From contig OZ116704.1 in assembly GCA_964199315.1 (NCBI GenBank), positions 8,618,001-8,682,000 on the forward strand: DNA of 64,000 nt, read 5' to 3'. Made by a program: the position numbers and the translations under genes. Positions within the stretch are counted from its first letter, which is position 1; every line of letters starts with the position of its first letter. This DNA comes from Orbicella franksi (taxonomy: Eukaryota). Under the pieces are notes generated by a model. It saw only the letters and a list, made by a program, of their open reading frames with translations, searched no databases and was not told the DNA's origin. Positions 28,401-38,400 of the stretch are shown here, one piece after another.

Positions 28401-30947
28401 ATGCTGGAGTGGCGTAAAAATAATTTCTCTGCCTTGGAACAGGAACTTCAGAGAGCCAAAGGACTTATTAAAAAGCTCGAAAAGATGAACGCAGCCAAAG
28501 ACCACGAAATTGAAGATTTGAAGGACGATCTTGCTGATCGTGAAAAAAGAATTGCCAAGTTGGAGGACGAACCTGTGGGGGAGGACATTATCGACGCTAG
28601 AGCCTTGGACTCAGTTAACATCGACATTAGAGGTGATTCTCAAGCCGTTAAAAGGGCTCTGGATGAAAAGGCAGATGCAGTGAAAGAAGTTCAGAAGCTT
28701 AAAAGCCAAATCTGGAATTTGGAGCACGACATGGACATCCTTAAGACAAATGGGACTCGACAGGAACGACTGGTAGCTGAAGTGAACAGCCTGAACGACA
28801 AGTTAAAAGATGAGCTACGACAGCTGAAGAAAGGAAGCCGGGAACAGCAGAGATCATTCAAGCTTGATGCAGGGAAAAGCGAGCTCGTCTACCAACTTAA
28901 CACGTTGAAAGAGGACAAAGAGGAACTGGAAAGGGACAATCAAGAACTCCGCGACGAGCTGAATGAAGTCAGCAGTGAAAATCTGAAATTGATAATGGAG
29001 AGCAAAGAACTCAAGCTCGACCTGCAGCAACTAGAAATCAAGCTGAACGAGCTGGAAATGGGACACAAGCTAGTAAAGGAAGACAACGATAAAATTCGAA
29101 GTGATTTGCTATTGTTCCAGAGCGAGAATACGGATCTGAAAGAAAGTCTTAATAGACGGAATGATGACTTTATCCAGGTGCAAGCAGTAACCACAGTAGA
29201 GACGGTAGAAAGCGCCCCGCCAATGATGTTTGATGTTGACCTTGACGAAATAAAACGAGAAAGAGATAAACTGAAAATCGAGTTAGAGGCGGCAGAAGAT
29301 CAAGCTAAGATGCTGCAGACGGAACTTGAGGATAAGCAGACCAGAAATGGTAGGATTCAAGTTGAGCTGATTGAGGTGAAAAGAATAGTTACAGAATATG
29401 AAGTAGACATCAAGAAGCTAACCACTGAACTAGAAAACCTACACCATGAGCTGGATCTGGCGAATCAAAACTACGAAGATCAACGGAACGAAAATCGTGT
29501 TCTTTTGGATGCAAAAGAAAATCTCCTGGTGGAGACTAACGACTTACACAAGGAGGTGAAGGATCTGGAAATACAGCTTCAAAACCTTGCTAAGGAGAAA
29601 GCAGAATTGGATAGACAGATAAAGAATGCCGGCCAGACAGCTACAGAAAGACGATCCTCGCGAGATCTTCACAATGAGAGGGAAAAGAGGATCAGAGAGC
29701 TCATGGAAAAAGTCTCACAGTTGGAGCATTACATTGAAAAGAGTGCATACCAAGTGTCAACCCTGGAAGAGGAAAATAGTGACCTGCAATTAAGGATCAA
29801 TACCCTGAAAGATGAGAACAGCGAGCTCTACACGAAGTTATCCCAGTTTGAACTCGATATTAGGAGGGACAATAGCAGGATCGTGGAGCTCGAGAAGGAG
29901 AATCAAGAGCTGCAAGAAATGTTAGGAAACAGTAATGCAAACGGAATCGATTCGGGGACTGAGAGCACAGCACTGTTGCAGCAGATCAATACATTGAACG
30001 ACAGAAACAACAAGCTGCAAACTAGTCTACAACAAGCCAAGCAAGACAAAGCCGAGTTGAAAAAACAACTCGATGAATACAGTAACAGGTTCGACGACAC
30101 CTCTAGGCAGCTAGCTGTGCAGATTACTAAATTCGCTGGAGATCAGAGTGTGTCATTGAGAAATGTGGCCCTAGAGAAAGACGAAAAAATTGAAAAGCTG
30201 CAGCAAGAGAAGCTGGAATTCGCAATGAGGCTGGAAAGTCTGAAAGAGGAATTAGAGGCAGCAAAATCTAGCTTCAGCGATATTCAGAGTCAAAATGAAA
30301 CTCTACAGCTAAGCATCAAGACCCTGACAGAGGACAAAATCAAACTGGATATCAAGCTTGTGGAAGAAATAAACCTCCACAAAGTCAAGATTGCTGAAAT
30401 GGAGGCCGAACAAGACATTCTGAGGAACAAGATTAAAGAAAAAGACAATCTGGTGAAAAAGTTTGAAGTACAAGTTCAGCAGCTCCGCGAACAGTTGGCA
30501 ACATCTGTGTCCAGCAACCAGGTGTCTACTACGTTGGTCATTGATGTCAGTGACAAACGTCGTAGGCAGCGACAGCTCGGTCAGTCGTCGTCTTATAAAG
30601 AAGGCTTGATGAACAGGTTTGGGGGACTGTACCGTTCGACAAGTGAAGGCAAGATGCCTTCTGAGCACTCTCAGTTTGGTGGGACGCTCAGTAAGCAGCA
30701 CTCTCGTGGCGATCTCAACAACGTTAGTTCAGCAGAACACCTCTTCAAAGAGGCAGTGGTGACCACCGAATCCCAGCCGGAGAATAGCACCCAGGATAGC
30801 ACCAGGAGACCAATCTCCGATGATGAAGACAAAAAGAGTGGAAGGAAAGTATCTGAAAAAGATTCTGAGAACCAAGTGCAAGAGAAGGAAAGGCGGCCTT
30901 CCGTTCGCGGAAAGGATCGTAACAGAGCCGATTGCAAACAGAATTAG
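22500..30947 (+). CDS. Giant coiled-coil protein B (2815 aa), tandem paralogue of A; C-terminus CKQN
   Basis: Uninterrupted 8.4 kb ORF colinear with A from TTTVIK.E..GIALIT.TNHEW to GKDRNR..C.QN*. Homologous acceptor at 22412, 87 nt before the ATG. Confidence 0.9.
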   Translation: MSSAGELESLLTESVTTTVIKDEESGIALITQTNHEWAEEYQRLLLEHKQLLTSYDGRESKYQECQRENVKIQRHMELLTEKYNVERDSLTRQKEDVNIQNEKLRAELREKSIKIGDLQKSLVERQKRVDSQKEELLGKVKLVEKLETAINDLQNKTILELKQKLNKSEATLEVVQKRSSQLSLELNQADDQCEEYERSIEKLRQEKIELMEKLARAEYDIRMAVDARNKAEEKLSSLVETERSLRDKNSQFEADLLAAQSKIRDLENELNKRQAEAEESGYNITVVQSDVNLQSASPEVSTFVSLGDDVLNKEKETLRKNVEELDVKVKRFEGENFDLKRKLDMVSKDVNKWENKYEEEIKERNKITIQLENEKGNYGRLKNEYNELKSKLAKAERTNEHDKKEMIKKDDMINDLKAKIVQLQQDIDAREDTIAKLEMKLEQLNREMEKLYEDVLEHQRKYGDLNSDHKVSEQEKESVQRDFHHVSIRIGELESKSRESEDEKKYLQKENADLRQKLLRLEDELDTTFKDKTVFENQLQEWSDKSTKERKMAENLRKRFAQAQEEVEQYKNELIQVNTKIDELVERLSELNSQYDTSQTDLLSARADCEYKDDEIKRLKKDINDKENNISKLEVQLEKAITERNNSEVELAGVLEKLQHVEINRVGNEEQLTSVDVTYSHSQTQELQGDLAPLRRRIYELENENNRLQTIEEHLHSDIKDSENKIASLQRDLNRANTENEHWERKTADLEDKINILEKEEDDLNRISTDLQGRKDELNVEVEKLQKKVETLTLERDKLKEYLNDYNSKLTQSKQEQNDKSLEFSEQVKVNTTLKIIVEKHEATLQSLTQRCRELEEELEHLRPELRTALARNETLEAESKDLDFRTKVQKQTIEDLQKELREEINSKELHEQDLDSLTYKLTVAEGNNKALTKQRNDLQSQIDDLETKLRKIKPELEQCRNKLKDKDRIISRLDADVKDKDLQLNAAKRKISTLEDNVTSTRKELEAQKSANEINRNRVQELQIQLQEMSSTTQTAVTNVSIVQSAPPQSFTEERSRSTSDERVQDLEILLKKSESRESQLREELQLLEDRLPKVEVDAKTAQGKVNEIQRNVNTLQKKLEEARKMLERSNHEKDAAKQDLMEARTQLTLLETKGMADANEISSLQSQLDQVHQRLEETHQKLLSLDEDHVHLRLEKDIHDKEKENYNAAVGRLKGKKLDLEKRVELLESSLQSSKQTCDALREEKSKAQQELNELRQTTLADLKKNLTRMQGERDRALEDYRATMSNIEHLENQLAEAAVKRKELERDNDNLDNETRHLKNEIETNRTRIEELEDKSDTLNLQIQQYEKGIDELRETRSRLEDEVADLQVKLAEKQDVINISSVKVSSVETTYAAAPGFEFGSQQDTFMDLTNGKFDPKEKLKQVEMEYNVSKEQLNDYKNKLGVAEENNYTLESNLKDAENDLKDLEMKLRETVEELNLMTDQYQSAGRELELLKEELQDAQTKLSTAEAQQITVVAKLGTVQQQLDATQKDLLDKNSIVIEKQRKINEFYAILESGDKDSDRLKQVIEELREDIDVKDRENAKLQKYLRVTEENVAKLQVTLEEMEAKLHDTEHQREEYKMKVDGFEVELEMRDRALEEAQREVDDTRGKFKTSKKEIVTIRSQLKEANANLKAAGDGKRILEGRIAELQAVIDKLRKELSAGINSKPGNGNVHVDDLRKKLQEYRVKLQDFNNEKMKLELELREKDAKITRDSGSSDTSREEQDHLKDEVINLQATLKETKKNYQKGQKLSEELQRRLVSKDNEIKRYDDKIAKLQEEKEKLKKDCANLEKKNSDLKIEYEKLKYEKSKSENELSLLKKKFQALQNQLNVADVSKHNQDFVTRKKYQELEGSCQDALREREKSRSEMAAYRTKMASLEAELNEQKSAKDILEDELHRFRNIETELKAKLQTSRDRHKEDKDKMLEWRKNNFSALEQELQRAKGLIKKLEKMNAAKDHEIEDLKDDLADREKRIAKLEDEPVGEDIIDARALDSVNIDIRGDSQAVKRALDEKADAVKEVQKLKSQIWNLEHDMDILKTNGTRQERLVAEVNSLNDKLKDELRQLKKGSREQQRSFKLDAGKSELVYQLNTLKEDKEELERDNQELRDELNEVSSENLKLIMESKELKLDLQQLEIKLNELEMGHKLVKEDNDKIRSDLLLFQSENTDLKESLNRRNDDFIQVQAVTTVETVESAPPMMFDVDLDEIKRERDKLKIELEAAEDQAKMLQTELEDKQTRNGRIQVELIEVKRIVTEYEVDIKKLTTELENLHHELDLANQNYEDQRNENRVLLDAKENLLVETNDLHKEVKDLEIQLQNLAKEKAELDRQIKNAGQTATERRSSRDLHNEREKRIRELMEKVSQLEHYIEKSAYQVSTLEEENSDLQLRINTLKDENSELYTKLSQFELDIRRDNSRIVELEKENQELQEMLGNSNANGIDSGTESTALLQQINTLNDRNNKLQTSLQQAKQDKAELKKQLDEYSNRFDDTSRQLAVQITKFAGDQSVSLRNVALEKDEKIEKLQQEKLEFAMRLESLKEELEAAKSSFSDIQSQNETLQLSIKTLTEDKIKLDIKLVEEINLHKVKIAEMEAEQDILRNKIKEKDNLVKKFEVQVQQLREQLATSVSSNQVSTTLVIDVSDKRRRQRQLGQSSSYKEGLMNRFGGLYRSTSEGKMPSEHSQFGGTLSKQHSRGDLNNVSSAEHLFKEAVVTTESQPENSTQDSTRRPISDDEDKKSGRKVSEKDSENQVQEKERRPSVRGKDRNRADCKQN

Positions 30948-31507
30948 GAACCATGATGGGCTCTTGGAGCTTGCAATAACAGAACTGTTATTTAAATATG
31001 TGAATTCTAACATCGGTTTTAATTTGACTCTCAAGACACTAGTCGACTTTGTGGGGTAAACCGTCTCAGGGGCCTGGACTCAGCGGAGGACTGGCAGATA
31101 TAGGTACAACATTGAGTTACAAAGTAGTTTACTTAAGTGATTTGATAGATCGGATCTATTTTTTGCATAGCAGTCTAAAAGATAGAAGTTTCCATCTCCG
31201 ATAATGGGGTCTTGTGGTACGAAATTTGCTAGTAGGTTTCTTTTGGAAGACCTCCCTCTACAGACGCCTCAGCGGAAAGGGCATAAGATAAGCAAGGGAT
31301 GCTAAGGAATTGGTGTTAAATGATCTTCATAAATCAGGTTTAATGAAGACTAAGTTTTTGGAAGCGATACAAAAATTTGTTTTTGCTCTTTTAGATGATG
31401 ATATCATTTAGTGGCAGTTAAGATTAAGCTACCTAAAACTAGGTCTACATCCACATTTTGCAGCCATATGGTGCTAGAGGGCAGGGAACTCGTGAGAAAC
31501 TGCTTTA

Positions 31508-31748
31508 GGCCCTGTCCACACTACGCTGGAGAAATTTAAAAACCCAAAAATCAGCAGTGATTTGGGATTTGTGTTTGAGGAAAACTCGGGAAATCCCATA
31601 ATTATCGTGACGTCATCGTTTTCAAAATGTTTTCCGTCCACATTAAAACGCAAAGTTGGTCTTTTCAAATTCCCACGGTTTGATGGGCTTTTTGGAAAAG
31701 CTCCGTTTTCGTGACGGATTAATGTGGACGGTAGGCCTAACCGTAGAA
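31508..31748. mobile_element. PIF/Harbinger-type MITE, probably 3'-truncated
   Basis: TTA|ggccctgtccacactacgctggagaaattt terminus, internal gttttcaaa motifs, gtggacggtaggcctaaccgtaga near the end. Confidence 0.55.
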
Positions 31749-32160
31749 CAGACCAGACACTTAGTTGTCGACAACTATTTGTTTTCGACAACTAAATATT
31801 ATCGACAACTTAAAGGGGGGAAGGGGGAAGGGGAAAGGGCGGGAATTGTTGCCAAGACGCTTGAAAATAGAATTTTTACTGCCGAGCGTCTCAACACTTT
31901 TGTCGCTTATTTTTGTTTCATTTTATTTTGGTAGATTTTGAGAAAGGGACTATAACTGACGTATTTATGCTTAATCAGCGTTCTTTGAAGCCTGTGCTTT
32001 TAGCAGTTTCACTTTGATCACGTGGTACGGCTCTTAGAACGTATTTTTCAGTTGCTAATGTTAATCCGAGAATCGCTGGCTAGGTAATTGAACCATCTCT
32101 CACGTTAGCTTCAAAATTGAGTAAACAATTCCGTATTGGGAGTTTAACTATATTCCTTAG

Positions 32161-32453
32161 TATGGAGCGGTTTTCAATCGAGTGTCGTTAAGCCAAAACC
32201 CAAGTATTCACTCTGACCAATTCAAAAGTGGCACAGACTGAGTCCAGTGGACCAATCAAAACTCGAAGTAATTACATGTGGCTGCTGCAAAGCGCGGGAA
32301 AACTTGTGTTAGCGAGTTAGTTTAGCGAGTTACGATTTGTTTTGGTTTATCTTCTGATTGGACGAAAACGTGACGCGAGTTTTTAAGCCAGTGGTATAGC
32401 GTAGTTGATTCAAAACCAAATAGTTTTCGGCGCTCAAATGAAAACCTCTCTAT
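32161..32453. mobile_element. MITE
   Basis: Imperfect TIRs gagcggttttcaatcgagtgtcg / cggcgctcaaatgaaaacctctc. A related copy lies at 45412-45549. Confidence 0.7.
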
Positions 32454-33164
32454 GCTATCAGTCTTGATTTTCATAACGATCACCAGGTTCGGTGAAGTAC
32501 TTAGCTTTCTGTCAAGGTTACACGCCATTTTCACGCGCGCAATATCCGTTTTTTTTTTCTTTTAAAAAAAAGCTTATACTCCAATATCTGTTGGCATAGG
32601 ACAGAGATACATGGACTTCAGTTTTTAGTCGGCATTAATCTTCGTGGTGTGTGGGTGGAAAAGTGCCTTAGTCTGTCCCCAGAGTTATTCCCCATTCCCA
32701 CCCTCTTGCCTTTTGGCTTGTTTATATGCAATGCGCTGAGTTAATATTTTGCTAAGCTTTCGACCTTGACGAACTCAAGACAAAAATAGAGGGTCTGTGG
32801 ACATACTAAAAGTGCCCTCGTTTGTGATAAAACTTGAACTAAAAAGAGGTCAAGAAAATGAAAACTCTTGTCGACTTTTCGTGAAAGGTATCGGGAAACA
32901 GTACTAATACAGGCTGTGCTGTTTGAACCTGGAGGTTTTCTTGTTAAGCTTTTGTTTTTAACTACATTTTGCATAGTTCGCTTCGACGCTCTTAATAACT
33001 TAAGCATTGTTTTGTTATGTTTATTTGTGGCAATGTCCTGAGAGATGGGATAGTTGGAGCACTTTCTTCCATCCCTCAGGTCTACATATTGAAACAAAAG
33101 CAGTGGTGTACAGCAGAGCGAGCAGAATTAGATGGGGCAATCATGGAACTGATATTTTGTCCGA

Positions 33165-33443
33165 CTACAATCGGCGACATAATTACTTGACACATTGTCT
33201 TTCAATAGTACTTTTAGTGCACCAAATAACACCACTCTTTTCATCGCGCAATAAACTGTGGAGAAGACCCCGCTCCCTCACTCAATGTTGCTTGTTTGTA
33301 GCTCAAGATCACAGCAATTGCCACATAACATTGTTTGGAGGGAGAAGGGTTGAAAAGGACAAGCGAGTGGGAAAAAGGATTCACAGTGGCGAAATAGGGG
33401 GTTAAAAAAATGAATGTGTGAACAATTTTGTCACCGATTGTAG
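33165..33443. mobile_element. MITE (CTACAATC...GATTGTAG), unit 1 of an abutting pair
   Basis: TIRs ctacaatcggcgacataatt / aattttgtcaccgattgtag. Confidence 0.7.
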
Positions 33444-33631
33444 CTACAATCCCCGGCAGACAAAAAAGTTGGAACACGAAGTTCTCCCCTCCCCCCACTT
33501 ACAATGTTGATAATCAGGTGATTTTTTCCCTTTTTGTTGGAAAAAAACCCCCACATTTTCCAACATTGATTAAGGAGGATGGAGGATACGTGATCCAGCT
33601 CAACAGTCCCAACTTTTGTCCGGGATTGTAG
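33444..33631. mobile_element. MITE (CTACAATC...GATTGTAG), unit 2 of an abutting pair
   Basis: TIRs ctacaatccccggcagacaaaaaagttgg / ccaacttttgtccgggattgtag. Confidence 0.7.
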
Positions 33632-33846
33632 CTTTACATGAGCAGACATCCTTAGTTTTGTGTCATGCTAGATATTTTTACGTAGAGACTTTTTTTTCGC
33701 TGCAATCGTCAAAATCAGTGTGGATTGGTGGTGTTGTTCTTAATTTTAGAAAGTTACAAAGCCTTTAAGCTAGAAAAATCGCATATCTAGCTTTCGTTTT
33801 TAAGTTTTAAACCTTAATTTTATATTGATAGATGTCTAACAGTGAC

Positions 33847-34121
33847 AATTAAATGCAGACATGACAGATGCGAATGCAGCCATAACAATACTGGAAAAAC
33901 AGATCTGAAAAAATTTTCAGGCTTTGAACGGGATTCGAACCCACGACCTTTGCTACTGTTGGACATCTATTACTATGGAATTCACACACTCGAGCCGAGT
34001 GCGAGTGTTACGTCCACTGAACATAAAGGGTTCTAGTCCCGTTCAAAGCCTGAAACTTTTTTTCAGGTCTTTTTTCCAGAAGGGTTATGGCTGCATTCGC
34101 ATCTATCATCATGTCTTAATT
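33847..34121. repeat. Long inverted repeat with tRNA B-box-like inner ends (foldback SINE derivative)
   Basis: ~95-bp arms 33847-33942 and 34028-34121 (agatgcgaatgcagccataac...ttcaggctttgaacggga(t/c)t(c/a)gaaccc) around an ~85-bp spacer. Confidence 0.8.
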
Positions 34122-35452
34122 TTATAGTTAGACTCTATGGCACGATTGTTTGATTAACAGTTAGTAGTTAGTTGCAGCGAAAGCAAAACTTGTGCGTATA
34201 TTTCCATGTTATAGGAACGCTTGTCCAGTGCGATTCACTGGTTTGTAAGCAGTGGGTGCATCTGTGAATGCCATTATCTTTAAGTTTCCGATCAAGGAAT
34301 CAAAGTGCTTCGTCCGCATAGAAGAGGGCGGTGCGTTATAAAATTGTAGTATTTGTAGCCGGTATGAAATAAATAAACGTTTTTCCTGCTTTTAAAACAT
34401 GCAATTTATCGAAGTTGATTATACTGAAAAATAACCTAAAGACAGTTGACGAACAATGGGGATGATACGCAACAGAGCAGTTTGAATCGAGTAGCCTTCG
34501 CAGCTATAACTTGGGTCGTCACGCAAGGTTGCGTGACGGCAGCGCAGCTCAAGAGACTAATCGGAATCCGTCCCAGTTTCATAAAAGGTCAAAGTCAGAA
34601 GAATTTCGTCCGCCAGAATCTGTGTCCGAGAAATGACATTACAGTAAGTAAAACAGGTATAGGGAGAGGAAAGAGGGAAGAGGGTGTGGAAGGGAAAAAA
34701 AGAGAGAGAGTAGCTGGAAAGCATTAGCCTAGTTGGGTTATAAATTCTTGTTGTTCATTGCCACACATTTCTTTTGCTTTCAGAGGTGAGAATTTGGAGG
34801 TAAATCAAGACAATCTCCAAGTTGTTTTCAATCCAACTTTTCGGTACAACTGCACAAAAAACGTAGAGTTTTACTTTGTAAAATATGTATTACCTTGAAA
34901 ACCGTTACATATCTCTACCTCAAACAAAAGTAAACATAGAATCGCTGTAGACATAACGATGCAAACTGTTTTAGAGGACGCCTTTGATTTACGAGTTCAA
35001 ATCAAGGAACACACTTTTTGTTGATAAATGATTAAGTCAGTTGATCAAAGTTCATCATATACATCAGTAGCCTGATACTTGCGCCTGACAAATTGTAGCT
35101 TAGCAAAATCTGAACGTATTCAGACGAAATTGAAAGTTTCCAAAAAAATCAGTTCATATCCGAGCTAAGACAGTGACTTCATTTGGGCTAGTCTAAAATT
35201 CCTATTTCTCTAAGTCTTGAAGACTCTCAGTCGGTTTCTGTTTAACACTGCGCTAGCACGAATCTCATTTACGAGATACCTAATCACATGTCGGATTTAA
35301 ATTTATGAAAAAAACATTGTAACAACTATTAATTCCAAAAATTGTTTGCCACACCCTTTTCGTTCTGTAAGTTCATGAAAGGTTTCTCTGAATTTGTACT
35401 TATTAGCGAAATTCACATCATAGGCCCAATCTCTTTCTAAGATCAAGCTTGT

Positions 35453-38400
35453 CTACTTCAACTGTGATTTAAAACTGGGATGAATACTGCTTAAGCTTAA
35501 GCTATGGTCCTCGGTTACTCTTCTACCAGTGAAGCTGTGTTCCGCTACGGACAAACTGCGCACACTCAGAACTGGTGAGGAGCTAACAAGAGAGCGAAGA
35601 TCTTCAATTGTCAGCAGCTCGTGTTCACATTTGAATATTTCTCTCATCCGTCGTTCGGATTTCTCGTAAGCTTCTTTAGTTACGAAAAGTTCCTTTTCTA
35701 GTTTTCCGATTTCCTTTTGCGAGGACGCTATTTGCAAGCGCAGTTTGCTCAAGTTGGTGTTCTTCTCTTCCATGACGCGCTCGTGATAATCATTTTCTGC
35801 TTTTAGTTTTCTGGCTTCTTTTTCCAGCTCGTAGATACATTCCTGTTTACTCCAGAGTTCTGTTTTTATTTGTAGTTCCATTTCTAATTTCATTGTCTCA
35901 TTTTGCTGCTTGACTTCTTTGAAGTCGTTTTCCAGTTTGGCGTATTTGCTCTGCACAATGGAAAGCTCTTGATCCTTTCTAGAGTTTCCAGTCATGGCAA
36001 GATTCTGGGCTTCAGACATCTTCCTCCTTGAAACTGACAGGTCATACTCTAACGAACACTTGTTCTTAACGAGGAAATCCCGCTCCTTGCAAATATCGTT
36101 CAGCCTCAATTTCAAAGTTCCGTTTTCTTTCACGTTCTCAGCAAGCACAGCTCTCAGCGAATCTGCTTCCTTTTTAAATTCTTCTACCTGGAAGCTCTGC
36201 CTCTCAGAGAGAAAGGACTTTTCGGCGAGTTCTTTCTTGGTGCTCTCAATTCCCGCTTGTAGTTGTACAGTCTCCGTGCGAAGGTTGTCAATCATTACAT
36301 TTTTCTCATCGATCTCTCGCCTATAACTATCAATGCGGCTGTCAATCTCAAGCGAGGTGTGGATTCCATCATTCAAATTATAATCCAAAAATTGCTTTTG
36401 CAAACCATCAAGCATGTGTTGTAGATAATCCCTCTCTTTTGAGACCTTCTCCAAATCGATTCGAAGCTCAAACATTTTTGCGGTCTCCTTCTCTCTGTCT
36501 AGTTCTTTCAGACCCACGTCGCTTACCTTGTTTGCAATGGAGACCTGTTGTTCGAGTCGACTCTTCTCAGCGATGAGGGTACTGTTGGTTTGTGCAAGAC
36601 TAAACATTTTCTTTTTGGATTCCTCAAGTTTAACGTGTAACTGTAACTTTTCTGAGTGAAGTGAATCAAGTTTCTCCTTATAAGATGAAAGCAATATGTT
36701 GAGGGACGCTACTTCGCCGTTCAGCTTTCCTTTGTCTTCCTTGAGTTGCTGCATTTCGCTACTTTGTGGAGTGACATCAGCGGAGCTAACATAGCGACTT
36801 TCCTGTTTCACAATTCCTGTGGTTTCTTGTAGCTGGGAGAAACGTTGTTGCAAAACGCTAAGTTGGAAGTGCAGATCACCATTCTCTTGCTTTATGTCAT
36901 GGTAGCTTTTTTCCCAGCAAGAGATTTGCAGCTCGAGTTTTTGAAAATCAGCAGACAGATTTTGCTTCTCCTTGTATATTCGCTGGTAATCATCTCTAAA
37001 TTGTGAAAGCTCCGTCTTAAGCCTGTCCATTTGAAGGCTATTGGTAGCTTTATTTTCTGCTAGCATAACTTCAGATTCTTTTCTAGTTCTCTCGGTTTTC
37101 TCAAGTTCCTCTCTTAAGTTGCCATTACTTCTTCTGGCCTCGTCTATCAATCTCTTCACTTCATCTTCTTGCCTTAGCAGTCCTTTCAGTACATCATCTA
37201 GCGATTCGCGGCGCTGAGGAGATGTTTCTATTACAGATAATCTTTTTTGAGTTTCGAGAAATTTTTTGTGTACGAAATCGCAACTTTCCTGGCTCGAAAG
37301 GTAAGCTGACTCCATTTGAAGGGCTTTCTGCTCAGCTAAGCGAAGCTTTTCTTCCGTAACCTCTATATTCTTTTCGCAAGAGTCGCGGTATTCTTCCAAC
37401 CGCATGATTGTGTTCTTAGAAGCGTTAAGTTCCTGCTGGAGAGTTTCCACATTCAGTTGTAAATTATTCCCGTCAGAGTAGTCCTGCTGTTTAGTATTTT
37501 TCAATATCCGCCCTTCTAGATCTTCAATCCTTCTTGTTCTCCAAATCACCTCACACTCGAGCTTTTCTTGCTGTCTTCTTGCTTCAGATAGCTTGGATTC
37601 GAGATCAAGTACTTTCTCCTCCAATTGAGAAATCTCGCGCACATGTTCTTCGTTTTTCCAAATGAAAGACGATTGGTGTCTTGAAACAGATTCTTCGATA
37701 CGTCCAAATGTCTTCTCGGTTAACACGGTGGATTCGTCGTGTTGGACAATGCTTTGCTTTGCTTTAGCCATCGCTAATTCCTCCCGTAATTCCCGGGTCT
37801 GTCGTTGAAGTGATTCGTATTTAGACTTGATTCCAAAATTACTTCTCTTTAAGGCCAGTAATTCCTTCTTGCTATCTCGAAGCTCTTCCTCTTTTGTAGA
37901 GTTCTGAGCTTCTAAGTATGACATCTTCTGACGCAAAGACATGATTTCTTCTTGAAGGAAGTCGGCTTTGTGTTTTGAATCGTTCAAATTCTGCTTGTGC
38001 ATCGATTCGAGAGCCTGACTGTCAGATAATTCAAGTCGCAGCTTGTTATTTTCTTCAAGTAGTTTCTTGATGTTCTCTTCGGTTACTAATATACACTTGT
38101 CTTTCTCGTCAAGCTGTAGCTTCAGCCTTGCTAGTTCTTGGCTTACGTTGTTATAGTCGTCACTCCCACAAGCAATTCTCAGCTTTGACGATCGAAGTTC
38201 ATCTTCTAAGAGCTTGATTTTGGTGCTTTGTTCTTTTTGCCAGCTATCGTTCTTCGCCAGTTCCTTCTTGTAATTTTCAACCAAGGCCCTGAGGCTGAAC
38301 AACTCTCTTTGCTTTTCAAAGAATTCTTCCTTACTGTAAACCATCCTTTTGTTGGCCTCATCTAGCTGTGACCTGAGTGTAACTTGCTCGATAATTGCCT

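Noticed and set aside
33920-33960. tRNA gene (ggattcgaaccc T-arm)
   Set aside because: Only a B-box/T-arm-like piece inside an inverted repeat; no acceptor stem or anticodon arm can be built.
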